Both the position numbers and the translations under genes were made by a program. From NCBI GenBank assembly GCA_964016885.1, contig OZ024744.1:127348001-127412000 (forward strand): 64,000 bases of DNA, read 5' to 3'. Below, one piece after another: positions 24,801 to 37,800 of the stretch. The DNA is from Eledone cirrhosa. Lineage: Eukaryota. The notes under the pieces were generated by a model, which made no database searches, had not been told where the DNA came from, and saw only the letters and a list, made by a program, of their open reading frames with translations. How positions within the stretch are numbered: the first letter of the stretch is position 1; every line of letters begins with the position of its first letter.

Positions 24801-27800
24801 GGGTTCAGTTAAGTTGGGGTTAAATTAAGTTGGGGTTAAGTTAAGTTGGGGTTAGTTAAGTTGGGGTTAAGTTAAGTTGGGGTTAAGTTAAGTTGGGGTT
24901 AAGTTAAGTTGGGGTTAAGTTAAGTTGGGGTTAAGTTAAGTTGGGGTTCAGTTAAGTTGGGGTTAAGTTAAGTTGGGGTTAAGTTAAGTTGGGGTTAGTT
25001 AAGTTGGGGTTAAGTTAAGTTGGGGTTAAGTTAAGTTGGGGTTAAGTTAAGTTGGGGTTAAGTTAAGTTGGGGTTAAGTTAAGTTGGCGTTAAGTTAAGT
25101 TGGGGTTAAGTTAAGTTGGGGTTAATTTAAGTTGGGGTTAAGATAAGTTGGGGTTAAGTTAAGTTGGGGTTAATTTAAGTTGGGGTTGAGGTAATTTGGG
25201 TTTAAGTTAAGTTGGGCTTAACTTAAGTTGGGGTTAAGTTGGGGTTAAGTTAAGTTGGGGTTAAGTTAAGTTGGGGTTAAGTTAAGTTGGGTTTAAGTTA
25301 AGTTGGGGCTAAGTTAAGTTGGGGCTAAGTTAAGTTGGGGCTGAGTTAAGTTGGGGTTAACTTAAGTTGGGGTTAAGTTGGGGTTAAGTTAAGTTGGGGT
25401 TAAATTAAGTTGGGGGTTAGTTAAGTTGGGGCAAGTTAAGTTGGGGTTAATTTAAGTTGGGGTTAAGTTAAGTTGGGGTTAAATTAAGTTGGGGTTAAGT
25501 TAAGTTGGGGTTGAGGTAAGTTGGGGTTATGTTAAGTTGGGGCTAAGTTAAGTTGGGGCTGAGTTAAGTTGGGGTTAAGTTAAGTTGGGGTTGAGTTAAG
25601 TTGGGGTTAAGTTAAGTTGGGATTAAGTTAAGTTGGGGTTAAGTTAAGTTCGGCTTGAGTTAAGTTGGGGTTAAGTTAAGTTGGGGTTAATTTAAGTTGG
25701 GGTTAAGTTAAGTTGGGGTTAAGATAAGTTGGGGTTAAGTTAAGTTGGGGTTAAGTTAAGTTTGGGTTGAGTTAATTTGGGGTTAAGTTAAGTTGGGGTT
25801 AACTTAAGTTGGGGTTAAGTTGGGGTTAAGTTAAGTTGGGGGTAGGTTAAGTTGGGGTTAAGTTAAGTTGGGGGTAAGTTAAGTCGGGGTTAAGTTAAGT
25901 TGGGGGTAAGTTAAGTCGGGTTTAAGTTAAGTTGGGGTTAAGTTAAGTTGGGGTTAAGTTAAGTTGGGGGTAAGTTAAGTCGGGGTTAAGTTAAGTTGGG
26001 GTTAAGTTAAGTTGGGTTTAAGGTAAGTTGGGGCTAAGTTAAGTTGGGGCTAAGTTAAGCTGGGGTTAAGTTAAGTTGGGGTTAAGTTAAGTTGGGGTTA
26101 AGTTAAGTTGGGGTTAAGTTAAGTTGGGGTTAAGTTAAGTTGGGGTTAAGTTAAGTTGGCGTTAAGTTAAGTTGGGGTTAAGTTAAGTTGGGTTTAAATT
26201 AAGTTGGGGTTCAGTTAAGTTGGGGTTAAGTTAAGTTGGGGTTAAGTTAAGTTGGGGTTAGTTAAGTTGGGGTTAAGTTAAGTTGGGGTTAAGTTAAGTT
26301 GGGGTTAAGTTAAGTTGGGGTTAAGTTAAGTTGTGGTTAAGTTAAGTTGGGGTTAAATTATGTTGGGGTTCAGTTAAGTTGGGGTTACATTAAGTTGGGG
26401 TTAAGTTAAGTTGGGGTTAGTTAAGTTGGGGTTAAGTTAAGTTGGGGTTAAGTTAAGTTGGGGTTAAATTAAGTTGGGGTTAAGTTAAGTTGGGGTTAAG
26501 TTAAGTTGGGTTTAAATTAAGTTGGGGTTCAGTTAAGTTGGGGTTAAGTTAAGTTGGGGTTAAGTTAAGTTGGGGTTAGTTAAGTTGGGGTTAAGTTAAG
26601 TTGGGGTTAAGTTAAGTTGGGGTTAAGTTAAGTTGGGGTTAAGTTAAGTTGGCGTTAAGTTAAGTTGGGGTTAAGTTAAGTTGGGGTTAATTTAAGTTGG
26701 GGTTAAGATAAGGTGTGGTTAAGTTAAGTTGGGGGTAAGTTAAGTTGGGTGTAAGTTAAGTTGGGGTTAAGTTAAGTTGGGGTTCAGTTCAGTTGGGGTT
26801 AAGTTAAGTTGGGGTTAAGTTAAGTTGGGGGTAAGTTAAGTTGGGGTTAAGTTAAGTTGGGGTTAAGTTAAGTTGGGGTTAAGTTAAGTTGGGGTTAAGT
26901 TAAGTTGGGGTTAAGTTAAGTTGGGGTTAAGTTAATTTGGGGCTGAGTTAAGTTGGGGTTAAGTTAAGTTCGGGTTGAGTTAAGTTGGGGTTAAGTTAAG
27001 TTGGGGTTAAGTTAAGTTGGGGTTAAGTTAAGTTGGGGTTAAGATAAGTTGGGGTTAAGTTAAGTTGGGTTTAATTTAAGTTGGGGTTGAGGTAATTTGG
27101 GTTTAAGTTAAGTTGGGCTTAACTTAAGTTGGGGTTAAGTTGGGGTTAAGTTAAGTTGGGGTTAAGTTAAGTTGGGGGTAAGTTAAGTTGGGGGCAAGTT
27201 AAGTTGGGGTTAATTTAAGTTGGGGTTAAGTTAAGTTGGGGTTATGTTAAGTTGGGGTTATGTTAAGTTGGGGTTAAGTTAAGTTGGGGTTAAGTTAAGT
27301 TGGGGGTAAGTTAAGTTGATGGTAAGTTAAGTTGGGGTTAAGTTAAGTTGGGGTTAAGTTAAGTTGGGGGTAAGATAAGTTGGGGCTAAGTTAAGTTGGG
27401 CTTAACTTAAGTTGGGGTTAAGTTGGGGTTAATTTAAGTTGGGGTTAAGTTAAGTTGGGGTTAAGGTAAGTTGGGGTTAAGTTAAGTTGGGGCTAAGTTA
27501 AGTTGGGGCTAAGTTAAGTTGGGGCTGAGTTAAGTTGGGGTTAAGTTGGGGTTGAGTTAAGTTGGGGTTAAGTTAAGTTGGGGTTAACTTAAGTTGGGGT
27601 TAAGTTAAGATGGGGTTAAGTTAAGTTGGGGGTAAGTTAAGTTGGGGGCAAGTTGAGTTGGGGTTAAGTTAAGTTGGGGTTAAGTTAAGGTGGGGGTAAG
27701 TTAAGTTGGGGGTAAGTTAAGTTGGCGTTAAGTTAAGTTGGGGTTAAGTTAAGTTGGGTTTAAGTTAAGTTGGGGCTAAGTTAAGTTGGGGCTAAGTTAA

Positions 27801-30620
27801 GTTGGGGCTGAGTTAAGTTGGGGTTGAGTTAAGTTGGGGTTAACTTAAGTTGGGGTTGAGTTGGGGTTAAGTTAAGTTGGGGGTTAGTTAAGTTGGGGGC
27901 AAGTTAAGTTGGGGTTAATTTAAGTTGGGGTTAAGTTAAGTTGGGGTTATGTTAAGTTGGGGTTAAGTTAAGTTGGGGTTAAGTTAAGTTGGGGGTAAGT
28001 TAACTGGGGTTAAGTTAAGTTGGGGGTAAGTTAAGTTGAGGCTAAGTTAAGTTGGGGTTAAGTTAAGTTGGGGTTCAATTAAGTTGGGGGTAAGTTAAGT
28101 TGGGGTTAAGTTAAGTTGTGGTTAAGATAAGTTGGGGCTAAGTTCAGTTGGGGCTAAGTCAAGTTGGGGTTAAGTCAAGTTGAGGTTAACTTAAGTTGGG
28201 GTTAAGTTAAGTTGGGGTTAAGTTAAGTTGGGGTTAAGGTAAGTTGGGGTTATGTTAAGTTGGGGCTAAGTTAAGTTGGGGCTAAGTTAAGTTGGGGCTA
28301 AATTAAGTTGGGGCTGAGTTAAGTTGGGGTTAAGTTAAGTTGGGGTTGAGTTAAGTTGGGGTTAAGTTAAGTTGGGATTAAGTTAAGTTGGGGTTAAGTT
28401 AAGTTCGGCTTGAGTTAAGTTGGGGTTAAGTTAAGTTGGGGTTAATTTAAGTTGGGGTTAAGTTAAGTTGGGGGTAAGTTAAGTTGGGTGTAAATTAAGT
28501 TGGGGTTAAGTTAAGTTGGGGTTCAGTTCAGTTGGGGTTAAGTTAAGTTGGGGTTAAGTTAAGTTGGGGTTAAGTTAAGTTGGGGGTAACTTAAATTGGG
28601 GGCAAGTTAAGTTGGGGTTAATTTAAGTTGGGGTTAAGTTAAGTTGGGGTTATGTTAAGTTGGGGTTAAGTTAAGTTGGGGTTAAGTTAAGTTGGGGGTA
28701 ACTTAAGTTGGGGTTAAGTTAAGTTGGGGTTAAGTTAAGTTGAGGGTAAGTTAAGTTGAGGGTAAGTTAAGTTGAGGTTAAGTTAAGTTGGGGTTAAGTT
28801 AAGTTGGGGGTAAGTTAAGTTGGGGGTAAGTTAAGTTGGGGTTAAGTTAAGTTGGGGTTAAATTAAGTTGAGGTTAAGTTAATTTGGGGTTAAGTTGGGG
28901 TTAAGTTAAGTTGGGGGTAAGATAAGTTGGGGCTAAGTCAAGTTGGGGTTAAGTCAAGTTGAGGTTAACTTAAGTTGGGGTTAAGTTAAGTTGGGGTTAA
29001 GTTAAGTTGGGGCTAAGTCAAGTTGGGGTTAAGTCAAGTTGAGGTTAACTTAAGTTGGGGTTAAGTTAAGTTGGGGTTAAGTTAAGTTGGGGCTAAGTTA
29101 AGTTGGGGCTAAGTAAAGTTAGGGTTAATTTCAGTTGGGGTTATGTTAAGTTGGGGTTAAGTTAAAGTTGGGGTTAAGTTAAGTTGGGGTAAAGTTAAGT
29201 TAGGGTTAAGTTAAGTTGGGGTTAAGTTAAGTTGGGCTTAAATTAAGTTGGGGTTAAGTTAAGTTGGGGTTAAGTTAAGTTGGGGTTAAATTAAGTTGGG
29301 GTTCAGTTAAGTTGGGGTTAAATTAAGTTGGGGTTAAGTTAAGTTGGGGTTAGTTAAGTTGGGGTTAAGTTAAGTTGGGGTTAAGTTAAGTTGGGGTTAA
29401 GTTAAGTTGGGGTTAAGTTAAGTTGGGGTTAAGTTAAGTTGGGGTTCAGTTAAGTTGGGGTTAAGTTAAGTTGGGGTTAAGTTAAGTTGGGGTTAGTTAA
29501 GTTGGGGTTAAGTTAAGTTGGGGTTAAGTTAAGTTGGGGTTAAGTTAAGTTGGGGTTAAGTTAAGTTGGGGTTAAGTTAAGTTGGCGTTAAGTTAAGTTG
29601 GGGTTAAGTTAAGTTGGGGTTAATTTAAGTTGGGGTTAAGATAAGTTGGGGTTAAGTTAAGTTGGGGTTAATTTAAGTTGGGGTTGAGGTAATTTGGGTT
29701 TAAGTTAAGTTGGGCTTAACTTAAGTTGGGGTTAAGTTGGGGTTAAGTTAAGTTGGGGTTAAGTTAAGTTGGGGTTAAGTTAAGTTGGGTTTAAGTTAAG
29801 TTGGGGCTAAGTTAAGTTGGGGCTAAGTTAAGTTGGGGCTGAGTTAAGTTGGGGTTAACTTAAGTTGGGGTTAAGTTGGGGTTAAGTTAAGTTGGGGTTA
29901 AATTAAGTTGGGGGTTAGTTAAGTTGGGGCAAGTTAAGTTGGGGTTAATTTAAGTTGGGGTTAAGTTAAGTTGGGGTTAAATTAAGTTGGGGTTAAGTTA
30001 AGTTGGGGTTGAGGTAAGTTGGGGTTATGTTAAGTTGGGGCTAAGTTAAGTTGGGGCTGAGTTAAGTTGGGGTTAAGTTAAGTTGGGGTTGAGTTAAGTT
30101 GGGGTTAAGTTAAGTTGGGATTAAGTTAAGTTGGGGTTAAGTTAAGTTCGGCTTGAGTTAAGTTGGGGTTAAGTTAAGTTGGGGTTAATTTAAGTTGGGG
30201 TTAAGTTAAGTTGGGGTTAAGATAAGTTGGGGTTAAGTTAAGTTGGGGTTAAGTTAAGTTTGGGTTGAGTTAATTTGGGGTTAAGTTAAGTTGGGGTTAA
30301 CTTAAGTTGGGGTTAAGTTGGGGTTAAGTTAAGTTGGGGGTAGGTTAAGTTGGGGTTAAGTTAAGTTGGGGGTAAGTTAAGTCGGGGTTAAGTTAAGTTG
30401 GGGGTAAGTTAAGTCGGGTTTAAGTTAAGTTGGGGTTAAGTTAAGTTGGGGTTAAGTTAAGTTGGGGGTAAGTTAAGTCGGGGTTAAGTTAAGTTGGGGT
30501 TAAGTTAAGTTGGGTTTAAGGTAAGTTGGGGCTAAGTTAAGTTGGGGCTAAGTTAAGCTGGGGTTAAGTTAAGTTGGGGTTAAGTTAAGTTGGGGTTAAG
30601 TTAAGTTGGGGTTAAGTTAA
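21815..30620 (+). repeat. 4,498-bp tandem duplication inside copy A
   Basis: TTGTGG(...TTAAATTATG...TTACATTAAG) 21833/26331, AGAT 23110/27608, ACTTAAATTG 24091/28589 and the C of AAGCT 26060/30558 all show offset 4498. Confidence 0.92.
24431..24590 (+). repeat. 80-bp (5-monomer) tandem duplication; homologues near 28929, 42389 and 56801
   Basis: GGGGCTAAGTCAAG...TCAAGTTGAGG-TTAAC starts at 24431 and again at 24511. Confidence 0.85.
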
Positions 30621-31829
30621 GTTGGGGTTGAGTTAAGTTGGGGTTGAGTTAAGTTGGGGTTAAGTTAAGTTGGGGTTAAGTTAAGTTGGGGTTAAGTTAA
30701 GTTGGGGTTAAGTTAAGTTGGGGTTACGTTAAGTTGGGGGTAAGTTAAGTTGGGGGCAAGTTAAGTTGGGGTTAAGTTAAGTTGGGGTTAAGTTAAGTTG
30801 GGGTTAAGTTAAGTTAGGGTTAATTTCAGTTGGGGTTATGTTAAGTTGGCGTTAGGTTAAGTTGGGGTTAAGTTAAAGTTGGGGTTAAGTTAAGTTGGGG
30901 TAAAGTTAAGTTAGGGTTAAATTAAGTTGGGGTTCAGTTAAGTTGGGGTTAAATTAAGTTGGGGTTAAGTTAAGTTGGGGTTAGTTAAGTTGGGGTTAAG
31001 TTAAGTTGGCGTTAAGTTAAGTTGGGGTTAAGTTAAGTTGGGGTTAAGTTAAGTTGGGGTTAAGTTAAGTTGGGGTTAAGTTAAGTTGGGGTTAAGTTAA
31101 GTTGGAGTTAAGTCAAGTTGGGGTTAAGTCAAGTTGGGGTTAAGTCAAGTTGGGGTTAAGTCAAGTTGGGGTTAAGTTAAGTTGGGGGTAAGTTAAGTTG
31201 GGTGTAAGTTAAGTTGGGGTTAAGTTAAGTTGGGGTTCAGTTCAGTTGGGGTTAAGTTAAGTTGGGGTTAAGTTAAGCTGGGGGTAAGTTAAGTTGGGGT
31301 TAAGTTAAGTTGGGGTTAAGTTAAGTTGGGGTTAAGTTAAGTTGGGGTTAAGTTAAGTTGGAGTTAAGTTAAGTTGGGGTTAAGCTAAGTTGGGGTTCAG
31401 TTAAGTTGGGGTTAAGTTAATTTGGGGCTGAGTTAAGTTGGGGTTAAGTTAAGTTCGGGTTGAGTTAAGTTGGGGGTAAGTTAAGTTGGGGTTAAGTTAA
31501 GTTGGGGTTAAGTTAAGTTGGGGTTAAGATAAGTTGGGGTTAAGTTAAGTTGGGGTTAATTTAAGTTGGGGTTGAGTTAATTTGGGTTTAAGTTAAGTTG
31601 GGCTTAACTTAAGTTGGGGTTAAGTTAAGTTGGGGTTAAGTTAAGTTGGGGGTAAGTTAAGTTGGGGGCAAGTTAAGTTGGGGTTAATTTAAGTTGGGGT
31701 TAAGTTAAGTTGGGGTTATGTTAAGTTGGGGTTAAGTTAAGTTGGGGTTAAGTTAAGTTGGGGTTAAATTAAGTTGAGGTTAAGTTAATTTGGGGTTAAG
31801 TTGGGGTTAAGTTAAGTTGGGGTTAAGTT

Positions 31830-34800
31830 AAGTTGGCGTTAAGTTAAGTTGGGGTTAAGTTAAGTTGGGGTTAATTTAAGTTGGGGTTAAGATAAGGTGT
31901 GGTTAAGTTAAGTTGGGGGTAAGTTAAGTTGGGTGTAAGTTAAGTTGGGGTTAAGTTAAGTTGGGGTTCAGTTCAGTTGGGGTTAAGTTAAGTTGGGGTT
32001 AAGTTAAGCTGGGGGTAAGTTAAGTTGGGGTTAAGTTAAGTTGGGCTTAAGTTAAGTTGGGGTTAAGTTAAGTTGGGGTTAAGTTAAGTTGGAGTTAAGT
32101 TAAGTTGGGGTTAAGCTAAGTTGGGGTTCAGTTAAGTTGGGGTTAAGTTAATTTGGGGCTGAGTTAAGTTGGGGTTAAGTTAAGTTCGGGTTGAGTTAAG
32201 TTGGGGTTAAGTTAAGTTGGGGTTAAGTTAAGTTGGGGTTAAGTTAAGTTGGGGTTAAGATAAGTTGGGGTTAAGTTAAGTTGGGGTTAATTTAAGTTGG
32301 GGTTGAGGTAATTTGGGTTTAAGTTAAGTTGGGCTTAACTTAAGTTGGGGTTAAGTTGGGGTTAAGTTAAGTTGGGGTTAAGTTAAGTTGGGGGTAAGTT
32401 AAGTTGGGGGCAAGTTAAGTTGGGGTTAATTTAAGTTGGGGTTAAGTTAAGTTGGGGTTATGTTAAGTTGGGGTTATGTTAAGTTGGGGTTAAGTTAAGT
32501 TGGGTTTAAGTTAAGTTGGGGGTAAGTTAAGTTGATGGTAAGTTAAGTTGGGGTTAAGTTATGTTGGGGTTAAGTTAAGTTGGGGGTAAGATAAGTTGGG
32601 GCTAAGTTAAGTTGGGCTTAACTTAAGTTGGGGTTAAGTTGGGGTTAATTTAAGTTGGGGTTAAGTTAAGTTGGGGTTAAGGTAAGTTGGGGTTAAGTTA
32701 AGTTGGGGCTAAGTTAAGTTGGGGCTAAGTTAAGTTGGGGCTGAGTTAAGTTGGGGTTAAGTTGGGGTTGAGTTAAGTTGGGGTTAAGTTAAGTTGGGGT
32801 TAACTTAAGTTGGGGTTAAGTTAAGATGGGGTTAAGTTAAGTTGGGGGTAAGTTAAGTTGGGGGCAAGTTGAGTTGGGGTTAAGTTAAGTTGGGGTTAAG
32901 TTAAGGTGGGGGTAAGTTAAGTTGGGGGTAAGTTAAGTTGGCGTTAAGTTAAGTTGGGGTTAAGTTAAGTTGGGTTTAAGTTAAGTTGGGGCTAAGTTAA
33001 GTTGGAGCTAAGTTAAGTTGGGGCTGAGTTAAGTTGGGGTTGAGTTAAGTTGGGGTTAACTTAAGTTGGGGTTAAGTTGGGGTTAAGTTAAGTTGGGGGT
33101 TAGTTAAGTTGGGGGCAAGTTAAGTTGGGGTTAATTTAAGTTGGGGTTAAGTTAAGTTGGGGTTATGTTAAGTTGGGGTTAAGTTAAGTTGGGGTTAAGT
33201 TAAGTTGGGGGTAAGTTAACTGGGGTTAAGTTAAGTTGGGGGTAAGTTAAGTTGAGGCTAAGTTAAGTTGGGGTTAAGTTAAGTTGGGGTTCAATTAAGT
33301 TGGGGGTAAGTTAAGTTGGGGGTAAGTTAAGTTGGGGTTAAGTTAAGTTGGGGTTAAATTAAATTGAGGTTAAGTTAAGTTGGGGTTAAGTTAAGTTGGG
33401 GTTAAGTTAAGTTGGGGTTAAGATAAGTTGGGGCTAAGTTCAGTTGGGGCTAAGTCAAGTTGGGGTTAAGTCAAGTTGAGGTTAACTTAAGTTGGGGTTA
33501 AGTTAAGTTGGGGTTAAGTTAAGTTGGGGTTAAGGTAAGTTGGGGTTATGTTAAGTTGGGGCTAAGTTAAGTTGGGGCTAAGTTAAGTTGGGGCTAAGTT
33601 AAGTTGGGGCTGAGTTAAGTTGGGGTTAAGTTAAGTTGGGGTTGAGTTAAGTTGGGGTTAAGTTAAGTTGGGATTAAGTTAAGTTGGGGTTAAGTTAAGT
33701 TCGGCTTGAGTTAAGTTGGGGTTAAGTTAAGTTGGGGTTAATTTAAGTTGGGGTTAAGTTAAGTTGGGGGTAAGTTAAGTTGGGTGTAAGTTAAGTTGGG
33801 GTTAAGTTAAGTTGGGGTTCAGTTCAGTTGGGGTTAAGTTAAGTTGGGGTTAAGTTAAGTTGTGGTTAAGTTAAGCTGGGGGTAAGTTAAGTTGGGGTTA
33901 AGTTAAGTTGGGGTTAAGTTAAGTTGGGGTTAAGTTAAGTTGGAGTTAAGTTGGGGTTAAGCTAAGTTGGGGTTCAGTTAAGTTGGGGTTAAGTTAATTT
34001 GGGGCTGAGTTAAGTTGGGGTTAAGTTAAGTTCGGGTTGAGTTAAGTTGGGGTTAAGTTAAGTTGGGGTTAAGTTAAGTTGGGGTTAAGTTAAGTTGGGG
34101 TTAAGATAAGTTGGGGTTAAGTTAAGTTGGGGTTAATTTAAGTTGGGGTTGAGTTAATTTGGGTTTAAGTTAAGTTGGGCTTAACTTAAGTTGGGGTTAA
34201 GTTGGGGTTAAGTTAAGTTGGGGTTAATTTAAGTTGGGGGTAAGTTAAGTTGGGGGCAAGTTAAGTTGGGGTTAATTTAAGTTGGGGTTAAGTTAAGTTG
34301 GGGTTATGTTAAGTTGGGGTTATGTTAAGTTGGGGTTAAGTTAAGTTGGGGTTAAGTTAAGTTGGGGGTAACTTAAGTTGGGGTTAAGTTAAGTTGAGGG
34401 TAAGTTAAGTTGAGGGTAAGTTAAGTTGAGGTTAAGTTAAGTTGGGGTTAAGTTAAGTTGGGGGTAAGTTAAGTTGGGGGTAAGTTAAGTTGGGGTTAAG
34501 TTAAGTTGGGGTTAAATTAAGTTGAGGTTAAGTTAATTTGGGGTTAAGTTAAGTTGGGGTTAAGTTAAGTTGGGGGTAAGATAAGTCGGGGCTAAGTTAA
34601 GTTGGGGCTAAGTCAAGTTGGGGTTAAGTCAAGTTGAGGTTAACTTAAGTTGGGGTTAATTTAAGTTGGGGTTAAGTTAAGTTGGGGTTAAGGTAAGTTG
34701 GGGTTGAGTTAAGTTGGGGCTAAGTTAAGTTGGGGTTGAGTTAAGTTGGGGTTGAGTTAAGTTGGGGTTAAGTTAAGTTGGGGTTAAGTTAAGTTGGGGG

Positions 34801-37800
34801 TAAGTTAAGTTGGGGGCGAGTTAAGTTGGGGTTAAGTTAAGTTGGGGTTAAGTTAAGTTGGGGTTAAGTTAAGTTAGGGTTAATTTCAGTTGGGGTTATG
34901 TTAAGTTGGCGTTAAGTTAAGTTGGGGTTAAGTTAAAGTTGGGGTTAAGTTAAGTTGGGGTAAAGTTAAGTTAGGGTTAAGTTAAGTTGGGGTTAAGTTA
35001 AGTTGGGGTTAAGTTAAGTTGGGGTTAAGGTAAGTTGGAGTTAAGTTAAGTTGGGGTTAACTTAAGTTGGGGTTAAGTTGGGGTTAAGTTAAGTTGGGGT
35101 TAAGTTAAGTTGGGGGTTAGTTAAGTTGGGGGCAAGTTAAGTTGGGGTTAATTTAAGTTGGGGTTAAGTTAAGTTGGGGTTATGCTAAGTTGGGGTTAAG
35201 TTAAGTTGGGGTTAAGTTAAGTTGGGGGTAAGTTAAGTTGGGGTTAAGTTAAGTTGGGGGTAAGTTAAGTTGGGGGTAAGTTAAGTTGAGGGTAAGTTAA
35301 GTTGGGGTTAAGTTAAGTTGGGGTTAAATTGAGTTGGGGGTAAGTTAAGTTGGGGGTAAGTTAAGTTGGGGTTAAGTTAAGTTGGGGTTAAGTTAAGTTG
35401 GGGTTAAGTTAAGGTGGGGGTAAGTTAAGTTGGGGTTAAGTTAATTTGCGGTTAAGTTAGGTTGTGGGTTAAGTTAAGTTGGGGTTAAGTTAAGCTGGGG
35501 TTAAGTTGGGGTTAAGTTAAGTTGGGGTTAAGTTAAGTTGGGGTTAAGTTAAGTTGGGGGTAAGTTAAGTTGGGGTTAAGTTAAGTTGGGGTTAAGTTAA
35601 GTTGGGGTTAAGTTAAGTTGGGGGTAAGATAAGTTGGGGCTAAGTTAAGTTGGGGCTAAGTCAAGTTGGGGTTAAGTCAAGTTGAGGTTAACTTAAGTTG
35701 GGGTTAAGTTAAGTTGGGGTTAAGTTAAGTTGGGGTTAAGATAAGTTGGGGTTAAGTTAAGTTGGGGCTAAGTTAAGTTGGGGCTAAGTTAAGTTGGGGC
35801 TGAGTTAAGTTGGGGTTAAGTTGGGGTTGAGTTAATTTGGGGTTAAGTTAAGTTGGGATTAAGTTAAGTTGGGGTAAAGTTAAGTTCGGGTTGAGTTAAG
35901 TTGGGGTTAAGTTAAGTTGGGGTTAATTTAAGTTGGGGTTGAGTTAATTTGGGTTTAAGTTAAGTTGGGCTTAACTTAAGTTGGGGTTAAGTTGGGGTTA
36001 AGTTAAGTTGGGGTTAATTTAAGTTGGGGGTAAGTTAAGTTGGGGGCAAGTTAAGTTGGGGTTAATTTAAGTTGGGGTTAAGTTAAGTTGGGGTTATGTT
36101 AAGTTGGGGTTATGTTAAGTTGGGGTTAAGTTAAGTTGGGGTTAAGTTAAGTTGGGGGTAACTTAAGTTGGGGTTAAGTTAAGTTGAGGGTAAGTTAAGT
36201 TGAGGGTAAGTTAAGTTGAGGTTAAGTTAAGTTGGGGTTAAGTTAAGTTGGGGGTAAGTTAAGTTGGGGGTAAGTTAAGTTGGGGTTAAGTTAAGTTGGG
36301 GTTAAATTAAGTTGAGGTTAAGTTAATTTGGGGTTAAGTTAAGTTGGGGTTAAGTTAAGTTGGGGGTAAGATAAGTCGGGGCTAAGTTAAGTTGGGGCTA
36401 AGTCAAGTTGGGGTTAAGTCAAGTTGAGGTTAACTTAAGTTGGGGTTAATTTAAGTTGGGGTTAAGTTAAGTTGGGGTTAAGGTAAGTTGGGGTTGAGTT
36501 AAGTTGGGGCTAAGTTAAGTTGGGGTTGAGTTAAGTTGGGGTTGAGTTAAGTTGGGGTTAAGTTAAGTTGGGGTTAAGTTAAGTTGGGGGTAAGTTAAGT
36601 TGGGGGCGAGTTAAGTTGGGGTTAAGTTAAGTTGGGGTTAAGTTAAGTTGGGGTTAAGTTAAGTTAGGGTTAATTTCAGTTGGGGTTATGTTAAGTTGGC
36701 GTTAAGTTAAGTTGGGGTTAAGTTAAAGTTGGGGTTAAGTTAAGTTGGGGTAAAGTTAAGTTAGGGTTAAGTTAAGTTGGGGTTAAGTTAAGTTGGGGTT
36801 AAGTTAAGTTGGGGTTAAGGTAAGTTGGAGTTAAGTTAAGTTGGGGTTAACTTAAGTTGGGGTTAAGTTGGGGTTAAGTTAAGTTGGGGTTAAGTTAAGT
36901 TGGGGGTTAGTTAAGTTGGGGGCAAGTTAAGTTGGGGTTAATTTAAGTTGGGGTTAAGTTAAGTTGGGGTTATGCTAAGTTGGGGTTAAGTTAAGTTGGG
37001 GTTAAGTTAAGTTGGGGGTAAGTTAAGTTGGGGTTAAGTTAAGTTGGGGGTAAGTTAAGTTGGGGGTAAGTTAAGTTGAGGGTAAGTTAAGTTGGGGTTA
37101 AGTTAAGTTGGGGTTAAATTGAGTTGGGGGTAAGTTAAGTTGGGGGTAAGTTAAGTTGGGGTTAAGTTAAGTTGGGGTTAAGTTAAGTTGGGGTTAAGTT
37201 AAGGTGGGGGTAAGTTAAGTTGGGGTTAAGTTAATTTGCGGTTAAGTTAGGTTGTGGGTTAAGTTAAGTTGGGGTTAAGTTAAGCTGGGGTTAAGTTGGG
37301 GTTAAGTTAAGTTGGGGTTAAGTTAAGTTGGGGTTAAGTTAAGTTGGGGGTAAGTTAAGTTGGGGTTAAGTTAAGTTGGGGTTAAGTTAAGTTGGGGTTA
37401 AGTTAAGTTGGGGGTAAGATAAGTTGGAGCTAAGTTAAGTTGGGGCTAAGTCAAGTTGGGGTTAAGTCAAGTTGAGGTTAACTTAAGTTGGGGTTAAGTT
37501 AAGTTGGGGTTAAGTTAAGTTGGGGTTAAGATAAGTTGGGGTTAAGTTAAGTTGGGGCTAAGTTAAGTTGGGGCTAAGTTAAGTTGGGGCTGAGTTAAGT
37601 TGGGGTTAAGTTGGGGTTGAGTTAATTTGGGGTTAAGTTAAGTTGGGATTAAGTTAAGTTGGGGTAAAGTTAAGTTCGGGTTGAGTTAAGTTGGGGTTAA
37701 GTTAAGTTGGGGTTAATTTAAGTTGGGGTTGAGTTAATTTGGGTTTAAGTTAAGTTGGGCTTAACTTAAGTTGGGGTTAAGTTGGGGTTAAGTTAAGTTG

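Larger units (their letters stand above)
12950..31830 (+). repeat. Copy A of ~14.4-kb super-HOR (about 18.9 kb because it contains a 4,498-bp internal duplication)
   Basis: Markers map to copy C at offset 32386 (GGGCTT 13149/45535, TTTGCGG 16551/48937 and 18341/50727, TGGGTGCAAG 19001/51387, TAGAG 21689/54075, GTCGGGTTT 25915/58301) and to copy B at offset 18894 (TTTGCGG 16551/35445). Confidence 0.88.
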
